Source: Trichosphaerium sp. ATCC 40318
Lineage: Eukaryota; Protista; Tubulinea
Length of the DNA stretch: 64,000 nucleotides
Assembly (NCBI GenBank): GCA_038496445.1
Contig: JALMLS010000416.1
Coordinates: 80,167-144,166 of the forward strand
Direction of reading: 5' to 3'
Positions 13,699-27,177 of the stretch are shown piece after piece. The translations under genes were made by a program, and so were the position numbers. The notes beneath the pieces were generated by a model, which was not told the DNA's origin, made no database searches, and saw only the letters and a list, made by a program, of their open reading frames with translations. Numbering within the stretch: position 1 is the first letter of the stretch; every line of letters begins with the position of its first letter.

Positions 13699-14737
13699 CT
13701 AAGGGTTAAAAATAGATAAACAATGTACACCAGAAAGAACTTTTTTGCCATCAATGATGCCGTTCATAAATTTAAGATGAACAGTGTGCACACCAGAAAG
13801 TGCCTTGATGCCCTCATCTGTAATCCTGTCACAACATACAAGGTCAATAGAATGAACACCTGAAAGCATTTTAATACCTTCATCAGTAATGCCTTCACAA
13901 CCACAAATACTAATCGTGTGAACATCACCAGCAATTGCCCTAATACCCTCATCTGTAAACTTGCAACACATAAGGTCTAAAGTGTGGACACCTGAAATTG
14001 CTTTGAGAGCTTCATCTGTAATATTTTGACAATTATTGAAATAAACAGTGTGAACTCCTGATAGTGCTCTGATTCCTTCATCCGTTACATGGTCACATTC
14101 CTTCAAGGTAATACTATGCACTCCAGCAAGCGCCTTGATACCCTCATCAGTTATAAGTTTGCACCCAGAAAGGTCTATGGTATGAACACCTGACAGCACT
14201 TTGAGACTTTCGTCTGTTATAAGTTCACACCATCCAAGGCATATAGTATGAACACCAGCAAGCGCTTTGATTCCTTCATCTGTAACACTGTCACAACAGC
14301 TAAGAGCAATTGTATGAACTCCTGCAAGTGCTTTGATATCCTCATCTGTAATGCGATCACTTTGAAGGGTAATAGTGTGAACACCAGCAAATTCTTTGAC
14401 AATATCAGAGGAGAATCTAGCAATATTGATCTTTGTTTGCTTAAGAGTGCTGGCGTGTTTTAAGAGTGCCTTTGCTTGTGCGATGGTCGAAATAACAACA
14501 CTTTCGTATCCGATAATGTCGTGAATGATTGATGCAAAATGATGACAAGATTGACAAGCCGCAAATCTTGATTTTGTTGTTTGCTTCAAAATTAGAGCTA
14601 ATATCTCTGTAGGTAGTTCTAGAATGCCTGGTTGTCTCCTTTTTGATATTAGAACAACAAAATAGACAAACGAAACAGATAATTTTATTTTAGTGTATGT
14701 ACCTTTGATTTACGGTTACTAGGCGTTTTTTTGACAT
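13699..14737 (-). CDS. F-box + 22-aa leucine-rich-repeat protein (2 exons)
   Basis: After one intron comes ILELPTEILALIL (F-box), then about 10 tandem repeats of the type LSGVHTIDLSGCKLITDEGIKA. Confidence 0.88.
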
Positions 14738-14991
14738 TATTATAACTATGAGCACGCAGTGTTGAGGTGCTGTACGGTAAAAAGTTGAAGTAAATCAATC
14801 AACTTACCACTCATGACTTAAACCTGCTAAGGATTGATCCTTAATTACTAAGCACAATTAATGAGCAAAAGGGTGGGGTGGTATTGGGAACGTCAACAAG
14901 GCATAACATTCTTGGATGAAATAACCGAGCTCGTTTAACTTTCTGAATACGAAAACAACAATTACAACCCTTGAAATGCTATGATCTGACC

Positions 14992-16086
14992 ATGTGGTGC
15001 TTCTAATTTCTTACAGTTCCATCTTGTAGTTTAGACTATAGTGAAACTACTATAAGTCACGTTACTTGGGCTGCAGCTCTCTCAGTATACGACTAACAGC
15101 GTTTATACCAGAGTTGTGACCAGCACCAGGTTTTTCCAAGCGATTGGACAAGTAGTTCTTCAACTTTAGGTTGCACTTTAAGAACAAAATACTTTTATTG
15201 AATTGTGAACGTGAAAGAATTTGTGTAATTGACTAAACAATCGTAGTATTTAACGAGTTAACAGTGCAATTCTCTCTTCAGTTAGTGATGCCAATGTCAT
15301 TTCTGATCGTTTGCTAAAAACAAGGTAAGTGAGGAATCACAAGTGGATGGTTTTTCTTTGTAACCTTGATACACATGTAGCTATGAAACCTGGATAGAAC
15401 GTAGGTAAACCAATGGTCAACGGAAATTGTACCATATGGTGTTTGAGTGCCTATAAATCATGTAAGCCCAAAAAAAATAAACAATAAATGATTGAAGAGA
15501 AGATAAGTTCATGTGACGATATCCGTGAAGAAGTTGTTGTCGGTGGTTGAACTTGCTTCTTACGTATCTGACTGGTCTGATACAATCAAGACATACCCCT
15601 TCGGTACTGGTGACATGAACCTCAGATTCGAAGCTAAAGCAACCAACCCAACCAACGTCGCTTGCGAAGGTGTCCCAGCCATTGACGATCTCGTCTTGAC
15701 AAAATTCTCTGCTGGTGAAAGACTTTTGGTCACAGGTACACCTGCTCCTCTTGTTGAATTCCCAACATCTGTATGTCAACGTGTCATTGTCTCGCAAGGT
15801 GACTGCGATAAACCATGTGTATATTGCTGCGTTGTAGATCCGACTGATGTTGATATCGACATTGGACCTAATGAGCCAGCAACATGGTGGACAATGAGAG
15901 AATCTATTGAAGTACAATGGAGTGGTTTTACAAAGAAGTCCGTATTGGAGATTACTACACCATCAACACAAGCTATCCGCTTCTGCTGATGTAAGAATGC
16001 AACCTGGTAACGCTATAAGCGGTGTTTCATTCGTTAAGCCATTGTTATCCTTGGTTGTTATTGCTCTTATTGCTCTACTGTTCTAA
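14992..16086 (+). pseudogene. Degenerate gene for a GPI-anchor-like surface protein
   Basis: The 5' exon has in-frame TAA stops. The coding-like exon at 15513-15989 is followed by a hydrophobic tail (KPLLSLVVIALIALLF*) in a different frame. Confidence 0.5.
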
Positions 16087-16820
16087 GTTACCAATGTTCT
16101 AGAATGTCAGTAAATATACTTATTGTTCACAAACAAAACAGTCGCTACTTTGTTTTCTTCTCCATATTAACGAGAGTGAAGTGAAACGACTCTTTTAGGT
16201 TTAGCACGTGATGTAAAATTACAATCATGCACGCGCTTTGTGTTTGATAAAAACTTCTGTGGCAAAACTCATTCCTCTACTGTTTTTGTACTTGGTCAAT
16301 ATACTCTACAATATTGTATCTAGCTCCATTTGGTGTACACTTCTTCGCCTAAACAATCCTGGATTATCCAACCAAAGTCGGCGACTGTATGTAGCAAATG
16401 TTGGTTGAAATCGAGTAGGACAACGCGTAGGGCCTAGCACAGAAAGCTTCTACCCTCAAAATGCGCAAATAACGGTAAGTAGCGAATTGGCGCTATTTAA
16501 CGCTATTGAGGCTCAAAAGTAAGAAGAAGCGTACAATAGTACGTACGAAGCCAAATTAACAATTCAAAGTGGTTACTAGTAAGCAATTAATGTGAATAAC
16601 GAAGAGTGACCAGCGCTGGCAAAGTTATCGTGATACACGGCTTTCCAATTAGAGATTACAACAATTGCGCCAAAAGATTTCAGTAGCCTGCTAACGTTCA
16701 TCCACAGCGTTAAGTTATACTTCTGGTTCGTTTATAATAGCGTTTGAAAGAGCAACAAGCAACCTGGTGGGCGGTTTCGGATGCAATCTATCCCACGAAT
16801 TTCCACTAATTCACATGTAA

Positions 16821-16903
16821 GCATGGATGGCCGAGTGGTTAAGGCGATAGACTCAAGTTCTATTGGATGTATGTCCGCGTGGGTTCAAGTCCCACTTCAT
16901 GCA
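16821..16903 (+). tRNA. trnL-CAA: tRNA-Leu(CAA)
   Basis: Acceptor stem GCATGGA/TTCATGC, D-arm TGGCCGAGTGGTTAAGGC, anticodon arm ATAGA-CTCAAGT-TCTAT, long variable arm, T-arm GGTTCAAGTCC, downstream T tract. Confidence 0.96.
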
Positions 16904-17073
16904 GTACTTTTGCAATCTTTTACAAGGTTAAATTTTTTTGATAGGACGTGACGCCATGGCAGCATCTGCAACCGTTACAACTCAAGTAAAATTTTGTCTC
17001 AATATCCAACGTAAGTGTTGTTTAAATTGTTATTTTTTCTTGTTTTACAATGTATGGGCGTTGTTCGTGTGGT

Positions 17074-19780
17074 TTACTCGTCATCACTAACCACTTGTTC
17101 TCGCTTTTTAAAGTAACTTGTGTGCTTCGCGCCAAAGGAAACAATAGGTATTTTATCACCCACTGATGTTTCACGTGGTGGATTAGTCACAATAAGAATG
17201 GCTGGCATAGCTGTGTAAGCATCTCGCTAAAGTTCACATGTTAACCCAAAGGCGTATAATTGAGAAAATAAAGTAATTTTGATTTTACAGCGCGTACCTG
17301 TTCTTGGGTATCAAATGTTCCAACTTCAAAGTCTGTTGCCTTCGCAGAAATGTTACTTTTTTGACTACCAGAAACATTTGGTCGTACATTTTGTAGTTGT
17401 TTTGGGTGCGATTTAGCGTATTGTCGACCACGTATATCACTACGACTTAGACGTATTGAATACATTGTGCCAATGTATACAGCTAAGATTAATATCTCTG
17501 CAACAAACAATTGAACCCATAGTGTCGAAGATAAAAAGAAAAGTACAACAACTTGTGCCTACATCACCACGTGGTTAGTTTTAATTAAAAATAATGCAAA
17601 TTATAGAATTAGTTAAAAACAAGTTGGGCTTATTAGACTAATCACAGTAGCGCTTAGTTTTAGTTTGTTTTTTGTTGGAGTTTTTCTGGTTTTTTTCGTA
17701 CCAAAACAAAGACAAGGACGTAAGTTGTCATGAAGGTACGTATACTCCGGAAAATAATATACTTATAGTACACTATAGAGTCATAATAACTATCATCAAA
17801 TGTACTATCAATTAGCTCAGCCTAAAGGAATAAAATAAGCAAGAAGAAAAACAAATTCGCAGTTGTTGAATTAAATTCGAAAACGTGATTGTATAGTTGC
17901 ATATTAATGTACCTGATCATTCAGCTTTTGCATATTGTAGCTCATGCTCGAAAAAATGTACTTTAAGTTAACAGTGTACATGACAAACAAAGGTATCTAG
18001 AAAAAAAGAAATTAATAAAAAAATCAGAAAGATGACAACTCTGATCATAACGTGACGTCATGTAGCTTTGGTTTATGAAGAAAACTAATGCTAATCTTTT
18101 TAAAAACTTACTATCCACAGTCCTTTCCAAAAATAGTTCATACACACAGAGACAGAGAGAGCACCACCACAGACTAATAGTCAATTTAACAAAAAAATCA
18201 ATAAAAAATGTGAGAAAAATAAACGTGGTATGTAATTGCTTTCTCATCACAAATAACATACAATCTACAATAGTGTAACAACTATCTACTGCATTACAAA
18301 AATTGCAACAACAACAAAATAGTTTGGAGCAAAGGCTATCCAAGAATTGCCCAATACAAACTTTGGTTAGAAAAGACTTACGCAGTATAGAAGAGATCTC
18401 TGACCATGTCAAGCTGAACCGTGATATACCCCAACCCTTGGCCGTTACACCCATAACCACATAAAAAGAGCCTTCAAGAAAACTTTGACACAGTGCATTT
18501 GTCTAAAACAAGTCATAAGACAACGCGTCAAAAAAGTAAACAAAATTACCCAATTCATGAAATCATTCACTTCTCCTGCCTTTTGCAACGTTTGCCAGTA
18601 TATTAAAAAATACACAGTAAGAATACACTATACTAAAAGTAAGAAGGAACCAAAAGAAGCAGAAAAGAAACAATCTGTTGAAGGTGAACGGTATATTCAA
18701 AAAAAAAAACCAATGTGATGTTGTGCGATAATGCTATTTTTAGTGCTAACGCTATTAATGTCTAGTTTATCACGTGCCTTCACAAAAGCATATGAAACGA
18801 TTAAAAGATGTAAATGATGTGTTCCTTGTCTAAACATGACCAAATGAATGCCAAAGATGATAATACAAATCAACCATGCGAAAACAAGCGCCAAGTACAC
18901 CATAGGAAGCATATATGTTCCTAATCAATATTAAAACATATACACTCAATATAAATCACCACATTCGCCAAATTTAAAGCGCAGTGGGTTGACTGGACGG
19001 TCGAAGATTGAAGAAAAAAAATCGACACAAGTTTGGTTTTTTTTACCTGTTGACAAATGTTCGCCTCCTGGGTTCATAAGTGTCCCTTTTACATTGATAT
19101 CAACCCCCCATTGTTGACAATTAGCGAACTATAATATACAAGGTAAGTAAGAGCGTTGTAGTAGCTCAAAAAACCCGAATTGAGTTGAAATGCGTTAGGT
19201 GTCAAAATTAACAACGCTTACTTGTAGAAGCGTAAAAAATGCGTTAAAAAGCATTTCAACGTGTATATACGCATTGAGAAGCATTTTTGTGGTCGTACCA
19301 ATACAACATAAGTGTACGTATTTGTAATTTTTTGTGAGAACGTGTAACGGCCTGCTGAGAGACTCTCGGATAGTGTGCAGCCCATGAATTGATCAATACC
19401 TTTACACATAGCAGCGTCGGATTCTTTTCCCGAAACAATCTAAAAACTGTTTGAACCTCTTTGTGGGTAGTTAACGCAACGTACTCTATTGTATCGCCGT
19501 GTATTACACATAAAAACATAAACTGATGTTTCATTTGTACGCTTAATACTTAATTTAACACCGGGGGTTATGTGTACATACGTACGTGGCGAGGAAAATC
19601 ATAATCAATTGTTAAATTTATTTTTCCGTCCTTTTTGAACCCATAACGCTCTATTTCATAAAACGCTTGCGTTCCTTTGAAGTGTTTATCAATTTTTATA
19701 CCATTCGTTGATTTAACAGTTAGTATACATATAAATAGTAATATAATTCCCCAAGGGGCGCCAGCTGTCGTTGGGAGCAT
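17074..19780 (-). CDS. GOST-family seven-TM protein (GPR107/GPR108/TMEM87-like)
   Basis: Signal peptide, luminal YGFKKDGKINLTI, first TM LPMVYLALVFAW, HHLHLLI..FVK, and MGVTAKGWGISRFSL, all typical of the family. Confidence 0.8.
18628..18777 (-). other. GC-AG intron (donor GCACGTGATA)
   Basis: Splicing gives YAFVK|CILTVYFLIYWQT. The nearby GT alternative gives a stop. Confidence 0.7.
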
Positions 19781-19891
19781 TTCTATTCGTTTATAAGCGA
19801 ATAACGGATCGCCAAATTAAGGCAACTTTGTTTTTGTTCCGACTTAGACTGTACGCTTGTACTACCCGCCAAAAAGTAATTGAACTCTGAA

Positions 19892-22530
19892 ATGAGTGCC
19901 ACAAAGTTCTGTCAGTTAGTACGGGACCTTGGATACGTCCCAAAAGGCAGGCGCCAAAATTTAAAAAAATCAGCTCTAGAATGGATTTTTATATCCGAGG
20001 ACGCCACTAAACCGCTTCTTACTTGGTTATGTAATAATGTATCGAAAAAGAATTGCGTTTCGTCCCAAGAGCTCAAATTGTACGGAAAATATTATGCCCA
20101 CCGCTAACAAACAACAGGTTCCAACGCCTAGAAAGTGAAAACAAGACAGTTATGGTACGCTTACAAGACAGCATCAATACATTCTAAATCACTCTACAGG
20201 CTCCAGAACTACAGGAAGAATTACAAGCAACACAAAGCGAGGACTATAGCGCCGAAGAGGAAGCCCTGGAGTATGGAAAAGTTGTAACTGTCAAAAAAAA
20301 TTAACAACGTGTCAAGGCGTGAGATTGCAGAGCTAGAAACTCGCTTAAAGCGTAAGAACGCGCGTAGAGAACGACTAGAAAAAATAAGAGGAGCTCTAGA
20401 CGGTAAATGTACGTACTGACGATTGATTGTTTGACAGCTGTCACTTACCATTTTATTTTCACATTTTTTGAGGTTTTCTTTCGCTCAACTTTCTTTAGCG
20501 GTTTCGTCTACTGATGAGTTGGGTAAATGCAAGGAAACATTAAAAGTTAAAGGAGAAGCTCGTATAAGGGAAACTGACGAGAAGTTAACAAAGACAAATA
20601 GCCAGGTTAGTTACTTTTTGAAATAAACAAAATAAGAAAAAGGAAACAAAAAACCGAATATTTTCGTGTTGTACTCAGTATTAACGTATTTTCTTTAGCT
20701 CATAGAATCAGCTAAACGTGCTCAAAGTATAGCAATGGATATATGTGAAAGATCTAGAACTAATGCTGTTGCTGTTGGTAAGTTAAAGAAGAATCAAATG
20801 CCAACATTTTTATTAAGATTTTTTTGCTTCAACAAATGTTTTGGTTTATTGTACTAAAAGCTTTATTACAGCGCGCCACATGTATGAATATACACTAGAT
20901 GAATACGTAGAACTTGAGCAAAGTGTTACACGTGCAGCACAAGTGCTTTCAATGAACGGATTTGCTTCTAAACAAACTAATTTAAAAACGAAGCTTTACG
21001 AAGAACAACGAGTTGAAATACTTCGTGTATGCCAAGTGTACGTACTCCTTTTTTTTGTTGGTGCTATGGCTACATTGAAGCAAAATCAGCCGTAATATAC
21101 GCCGTTATGCTACTGCAGCGGCGAAGTACTTCTTCGATTTGGATAAAAAATGAAACACGTTTTTCTGATATGTGTAGATTTTCTTTGCTTGAGCAAAACT
21201 ATGTCCAAGCTGAAATGGAACGAGCCAGGTATGAATATATGGTAGATTATACCGCGCGCAATGGTCAAAAGAGGCGTGAGGCTGAGCTTAAGGATCCAGA
21301 AACTTTAGAGTACGATAATATCAAATCATTGTATCTTACTTACACCTGATCCAGGTCAATGCTGCTTGATGCTAAGAATCAGTTTCAAAGTGCTACAGCT
21401 GCATCTGAGGAGAACATGCAGAAGTCTACAGCATTGTTTGAAGCATTTGCAGACACCCAAGCATTATCTCTTATTGAAGGCGACTATAACTTTAGAACTG
21501 CACAAGCAAACTATATTTCTCATAAATTTAATGCTGTACGCTTCTTTATCCTCTTGGATTCTTGTCACGTGATTTTACTATTTTTTTCCTGTTGTTTACA
21601 ACCTGCGTTTCTAACTCTTTGATAAGGCCATCAAAAGAACTTACGAGCAACAATCACGTCATAAGCTTGTGTCATTAATTCTCGATAACGAAACTGAGAA
21701 GTTGAGACAGTTTTGTATTTCTCTAAAAGCTATGTTGTTAGAACTAGCTGATATTACTGCGTATGTGTTACATTGAATATGATATTAATATCCATACAGT
21801 GACTAATGATTTCCTAGTACGTTAACAAAGGGCACAACCCCGACTTCATCGAATACATTAAGTACAAACCCTTGGCTAAGCCGCATTAAGACTGCTTGTT
21901 TGCAAGGAAACAACGACTCCTCATCGATGGTACACCTACGATACACGAACCCTTATTTTGCTTCATATACCATACCAAGAAATGAGGCATACTCACGTGG
22001 TTATTAGAGCGATGGTGTCGAAGGTCTGGTCGAGTACCTTGTACAATTAAAAGCATATGAAGACCAGCTATTGAAAAGAACAAGTGGGTTAAGAGTGAAG
22101 TATGTTGGGCTCTCCAAGGACATGCACAACGTATTACTCAAGTTATCTGATCTGGTTTACCGTGGTAGCAAAGATCCTCAGATTGTAATGCCACAAGTAC
22201 TTGCTGTACAACGTGAACTACGCGTCCAACTCGGTAAGTTGCAACTTCAAATTAAGTTTTTTTTTTAACTGTTTTTAACACTTTTCTTTAGAGTCTTTAC
22301 AACGTGGTATACAAGCTATTGTACAACAAAGAGGTGTATTTACAAAGGTAAACTATTTAAAAGATAAAGTTTATTATTGCTGTTCTATTCTGACTGTGTT
22401 TGTTCTATAGAAACTGGAGCACATGTCACGAGAAAAAAAGATTGAACGTGAATTATTTGTATACTTTTTCAGGAACCAAGAGAAGCTCAGACAAATATTT
22501 GATGAGTTGAGATCACGTGTATCTGTATGA
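19892..22530 (+). CDS. HAUS3: HAUS augmin-like complex subunit 3
   Basis: N-terminus FCQLVRDLGY..LEWIF..LLTWLCNNV..CVSSQEL, a coiled-coil body, and C-terminus ERELFVYFFRNQEKLR match the HAUS3 pattern. Confidence 0.8.
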
Positions 22531-22814
22531 GTTTATTTGTGTTGTACCAAATTTTGTAAGATAGGAGATAAAAACACTGTACATTTTCGCAAAAGTTTTT
22601 TTGGTTAAGCGGGTACCGAATGTCAATTCGAGTTTCTCAGAGTCCTAATAACTAGCCGCTGTACCATTTTCAAGGTGTGCTGTAACCACCTCTACAAGTG
22701 GTTTGCTAGTAAGTTATCCTTTCAGTCTGCCAGCCTTTCAAAAACACAGGGTTCAATTTAATTGATACTTAATTAATGATTAAGTTAGGTTTTCCAGAAG
22801 AGCTCATAGTATCA

Positions 22815-23552
22815 ATGGAAATACGCGACATAACTGAATATGAAGATATTTGGTTTAAAGTATGCGAATACATGCCATTTACTCGATTGGTGGTGCTAGC
22901 GAGCGTCTGTAGAAGTCTACACTCTATTTGCATGAGCAAACATGCTTTGAAGGCTGTTTACAGTATTGAGGCACCAAAGCGAAAGTTTTGGCCTCTGTTG
23001 GATCCTAAAATGACTGCTGAGGGACTGAGAGCTCTATTGATGGAACTTGTGTCATCAACAGACTCTACCTTGTTTGTACTTTACCACCTACAATACGACA
23101 ATGCTGCCCAAATATCTCCTAAAGTTAGAGAAAAGATGTTGGAAGTGTACGGAGAATAGTATTTCTTATTTTTTTGACACAATAATCACGTGACAATAAA
23201 ATTGTAGGTACGATAAATTCGTGTGCTTAACAACACAGGCCCTAGAAGCTGTACTACTATTTCATGGAAGCTTCCTGTATTTGAACTCGGTGTGAGGTTT
23301 TGTTGAAGCTAGTCTTTTTTACTGACTTCTTGTTTAAGGCTCGAAAGTAACAATGATGCTTTGAATAATCTTGTGTGTGTCTTGGTTAAGGAGCAATATA
23401 CACGTATGAAAGAACAAATTGATTCAGGAGGTAATAGGGAAGATAAAATCATGGAGTTTCGCAATTGGGGCATAGGCTTGTTTGGAAAATGCCAGCCATG
23501 GACAAACACTCAGACTGTTACATTGCACACACAATGCTTAGAAAGTTTATGA
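22815..23552 (+). CDS. F-box-like protein
   Basis: EDIWFKVCEYMPFTRLVVLASVCRSLHSI is F-box-like; short GT-AG introns follow. Confidence 0.6.
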
Positions 23553-23836
23553 CATATTCTTTCTTCGTCCTATCATTGGAGCAAAAACAAATCACGTGAG
23601 TAACGTAACGCGAACTCGAAATATTCGCTCAGTAAATTTTTTTCTCATATGATTATGGGAACTTTTTTCTCATTTGATTTTCATCAATTCTCTGGCTAGT
23701 AGTTTAAAACACCTTTGTGGTATGCAACAGTAAAACTTTAAAAAAGAATAATGCTTGTCTTGAAAAGTCTACGAGAAGTTCGAACTTGTATTGATCACTA
23801 CTTACAATAGTTTTTTTTTTAACTTCGCTAGCTTAA

Positions 23837-26058
23837 TTATTTTTCTACTTTTACTACTATATCACTTGATGAAGCCTTCAGTTCACTTGAACCACTCTTA
23901 GCAGAAGCAGTAGCGTTTGAGGTCTTGCTGAATAATGTAGATATGTGTATAGTACTTATGAGCATAACACAGTATCCTGTTATACTTGCTATAAGAAGTC
24001 TTGTGACATCTGGTCTTGATCCGTAACCTCTTAAACCCATAATATACGAAATAATCAGAATTAAGTATATTATCAGTATAGCAGCCATCACCGCAGATTT
24101 AATCATAATCTAATAAAATTGATAAGCTGACGAAAGGGGAACGCAAGAAAAAAAAACCAAAAGAGTTCAGTTTTTTCTCGGAATGGATTTTTGTTTAAGC
24201 GCTTTACCCTCTGGAGGTGTTTTACAGTATTTGATTTAGGTAAATTACTCGTTCTTAATAGCACACGTGTCGCAGTTACAGTGAATGTGATGGCAACTAC
24301 GATCATTACAATCGTCAATACTGTGTACCCAATGACGGCGCTAATGTCAGCAGGCTACACAGGCCATTAGTGCTTTAAAGTGTGAGTGTACATACGTATA
24401 AGGCCACCGCAGAAGAAACAAGCATGAGAATAAAAAATCCACCAAATATTACAGTGATAGTACCCTTGTATCTGTTCATAAAAACGCCAACACTGACTTT
24501 GCTTGATTTCAAAATTTTATGCCAACACAAAGTCACGAGCAATAAAGCACCAAAACCAAACGCGTGTCCGAGGAACAGTAATGCATTTGAAGCCACAGAA
24601 GGGTATATTTTCTTCATACTCCACGGGTCAACGCTATATAGCATCACTCGTACTAAATGGAATTTCCATGAGTTCAGTGAATTGTAAAAAATACTAAAAT
24701 GTTTCTTGTGACGTTGACAAACTTACCAATATTCGCCAAGAGTTCTAACAACAGGACTACCATAGGCAAACTATATATAACAGCTGACGATTGATAGCCC
24801 TTGATCATCTTGTATGAGGCAAACAACTATTAAAAGAGTGATTAAAATCAGAAAAAAACAAAAAAAACGGTTTGGTTTCATACCACGTTGATACACGACC
24901 ATAACGTGGGAATCAATCTCAGTAGCAAGATATACCAAGCAGTATTACTTATCTTTACAAACAAATTTTCCTCTAGCGCTAGAAGTTAAACACAAACAAA
25001 TGCGAGAGTTCCTTTTAAAAAAAAACCCCAGGTATTATTATTACCATATGTGACGATACACGTTACATTCGTTAGTGCCATAATCTGATTGAATTCATCA
25101 GCTATCCCAAAATAATAAGTAAACTGTAAACACTATACAAACCAAATGATATCGTACTTCCAACGCCGACAACAGGTATTGTTATGTCCTTTGTTGATGA
25201 AGCGTCAGTTTTTAAAAAACCTATAACATCATTAATCGTCGTAGGTACCGTGAGTATTACATACCAAGCCCTTTCTCGGCGTCATGAACAATCAATGCAT
25301 TAATACCTTCATCCAGGTGTCTTCTATTTAAAACAGTAAAAACGATGCCGTTTTGTATAAAGACTGATGAGCACATGTTTTAAACTAATAAATTAATCGC
25401 TTACAGTTTTGATCACGTGATAATTTTTGAAAATAATAAAAACCAAAAAACGTTGCAGTGCGTACCGCACAAGCTTCTCTATTGCAAAGTCTTCTGTTGT
25501 TCTATCAAGGAGTAATACTGACCCGTTATGTGTGCCAACATAATCTTCAGTTACTAGATTCCCAATCGCTATTTTCCATTCACCGACGCCTTCAAACCTA
25601 ATACATTTGTCAAATAAAAAAATTCTGTTTCGTTTTCTTTAAAAACTTCGCAGCACAAACTGTGATTTTTAGCCTTCTTGTATAGCCACCACACCATTAC
25701 TATGTAATGACGGATATAATGAACATATTAGGAACGCCAATAACGCTAAAACAAAGGTCCGTAAAAACTGTTACCGGACATGGCTTCATTCTGTTGTGTT
25801 CAATATTCTAACTAACTAGCAGTACATTTTTTTGCTTACGAGGCAAAATAATGGCTGTCTAGTACTATTTAATTACTTACGGGTATGCCACTGAAGGCAC
25901 AATTAAGCTACCACATACGCTTTTACCAGAAGAAGGTAATACAAAGCACATGATCTTAAAACGGTAAGTTCCCCAAACAGTAAAACATAAAAGGCACGTA
26001 CCAGCAATAATAAAACAGTAATACGCTCTGTATTATATGTAATAAATCCTAGAGCCAT
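23837..26058 (-). CDS. Multi-exon multi-pass membrane protein with N-terminal signal and extracellular region
   Basis: Hydrophobic TM exons at 23837-24700 and a signal-like MALGFITYNTERITVLLLL|IMCFVLPSSVAYP. The exon structure at 25600-25900 is unresolved. Confidence 0.55.
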
Positions 26059-27177
26059 GTGAGGTACTCCTGGTCCGTTTAAAACTGGTAACAATGGAGA
26101 AATAATCAGAAATCGGTTGACTAAGACGTTCAACGCCTCCAGACGCGCTGTTGAAGCCTACAAAATTGCGTAGCGCTAAGATCAAGCGAAGACTTCAAAA
26201 ACTGCTAAAGTTCGACTGCACAACAAGAAACACATTTACACACATAGGTTATCGCGCGTTATTAATTATGAGCTCCTCTGTACGATCATTGAACTATTAC
26301 GAACGTTATTACAAGCTTGTGATTCGAGCATAGGGACTTGAGCTGGGAAAAAAAGGTAACTAACGCAGAACATGGGAAGTCAGAAAACCTGAATATTTGT
26401 AATAAAGTTATTTTTAATCTGTTTGAAAGACCCCAACGGATGACAATGTCACAACTGAATTATTTTGAGTGCACTATTTCAATACACGTGTACCCTATAG
26501 GATAGTGCTAGAGGCTATAACAGTGAGTGAAACAGTCTTTTTTAGTGCGCTGCTTGTTGTTTTTTATAAATAGTAATTATGTCTGCTTTTGTGCGGAGAA
26601 TTTTCGGTTTGCGTTCACGTGTAATTATGCGGAGAAGGATCCAAGTTAAATTCATCATGTTAAACTGAGAGCCTTTAGTGCGCACCCTCTGTTTGTACCA
26701 TTGGCAGCGGAACACAGGCATAAATAGAATGAGTTTGACAGTTGCTATTCTGTTAACAGTAATTTGACACGGAGTAGGTATTTGTATTCGCTACTTGAGT
26801 CTAATTATTTACTTTCAACCATAGCTCCTCTATTTTATACAGTCTGAAAATAACCTTGATAAAATCTTGCGATGTCTGCTTTTGAGAGTGCCGGAATAAT
26901 TTTTTTTCTATTGTTTTCGCATGCAAATGGCGCTTCTTTGTTTACATGCGGCTTGGTGACGGTCGATATGTAAACAAAAAGTCAAAAAGTAAATTCTAAC
27001 ATTTGTTGTACGGCAGGGTACGGTGATCATCTTCTCACCACTAGAGCGATTGCGCGGATATAGTGGGGGAAGCTGGCCCTTAAGTAGCGATAACATACGT
27101 AATAATCTGGTGACTCTGCTGAAGTAAAGCAGCGCAATAAACTAAAACTTTATTGCTCTAAATTGAGGTTTCTAGAC

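Noticed and set aside
13699-14400. 66-bp periodic repeats resembling a CRISPR array
   Set aside because: They are degenerate in-frame LRR codons, with no repeat-spacer structure or cas genes.
14992-15460. In-frame TAA codons suggesting stop-codon reassignment
   Set aside because: Conserved genes here end at TAA, TAG and TGA and lack internal stops, so a pseudogene is the simpler explanation.
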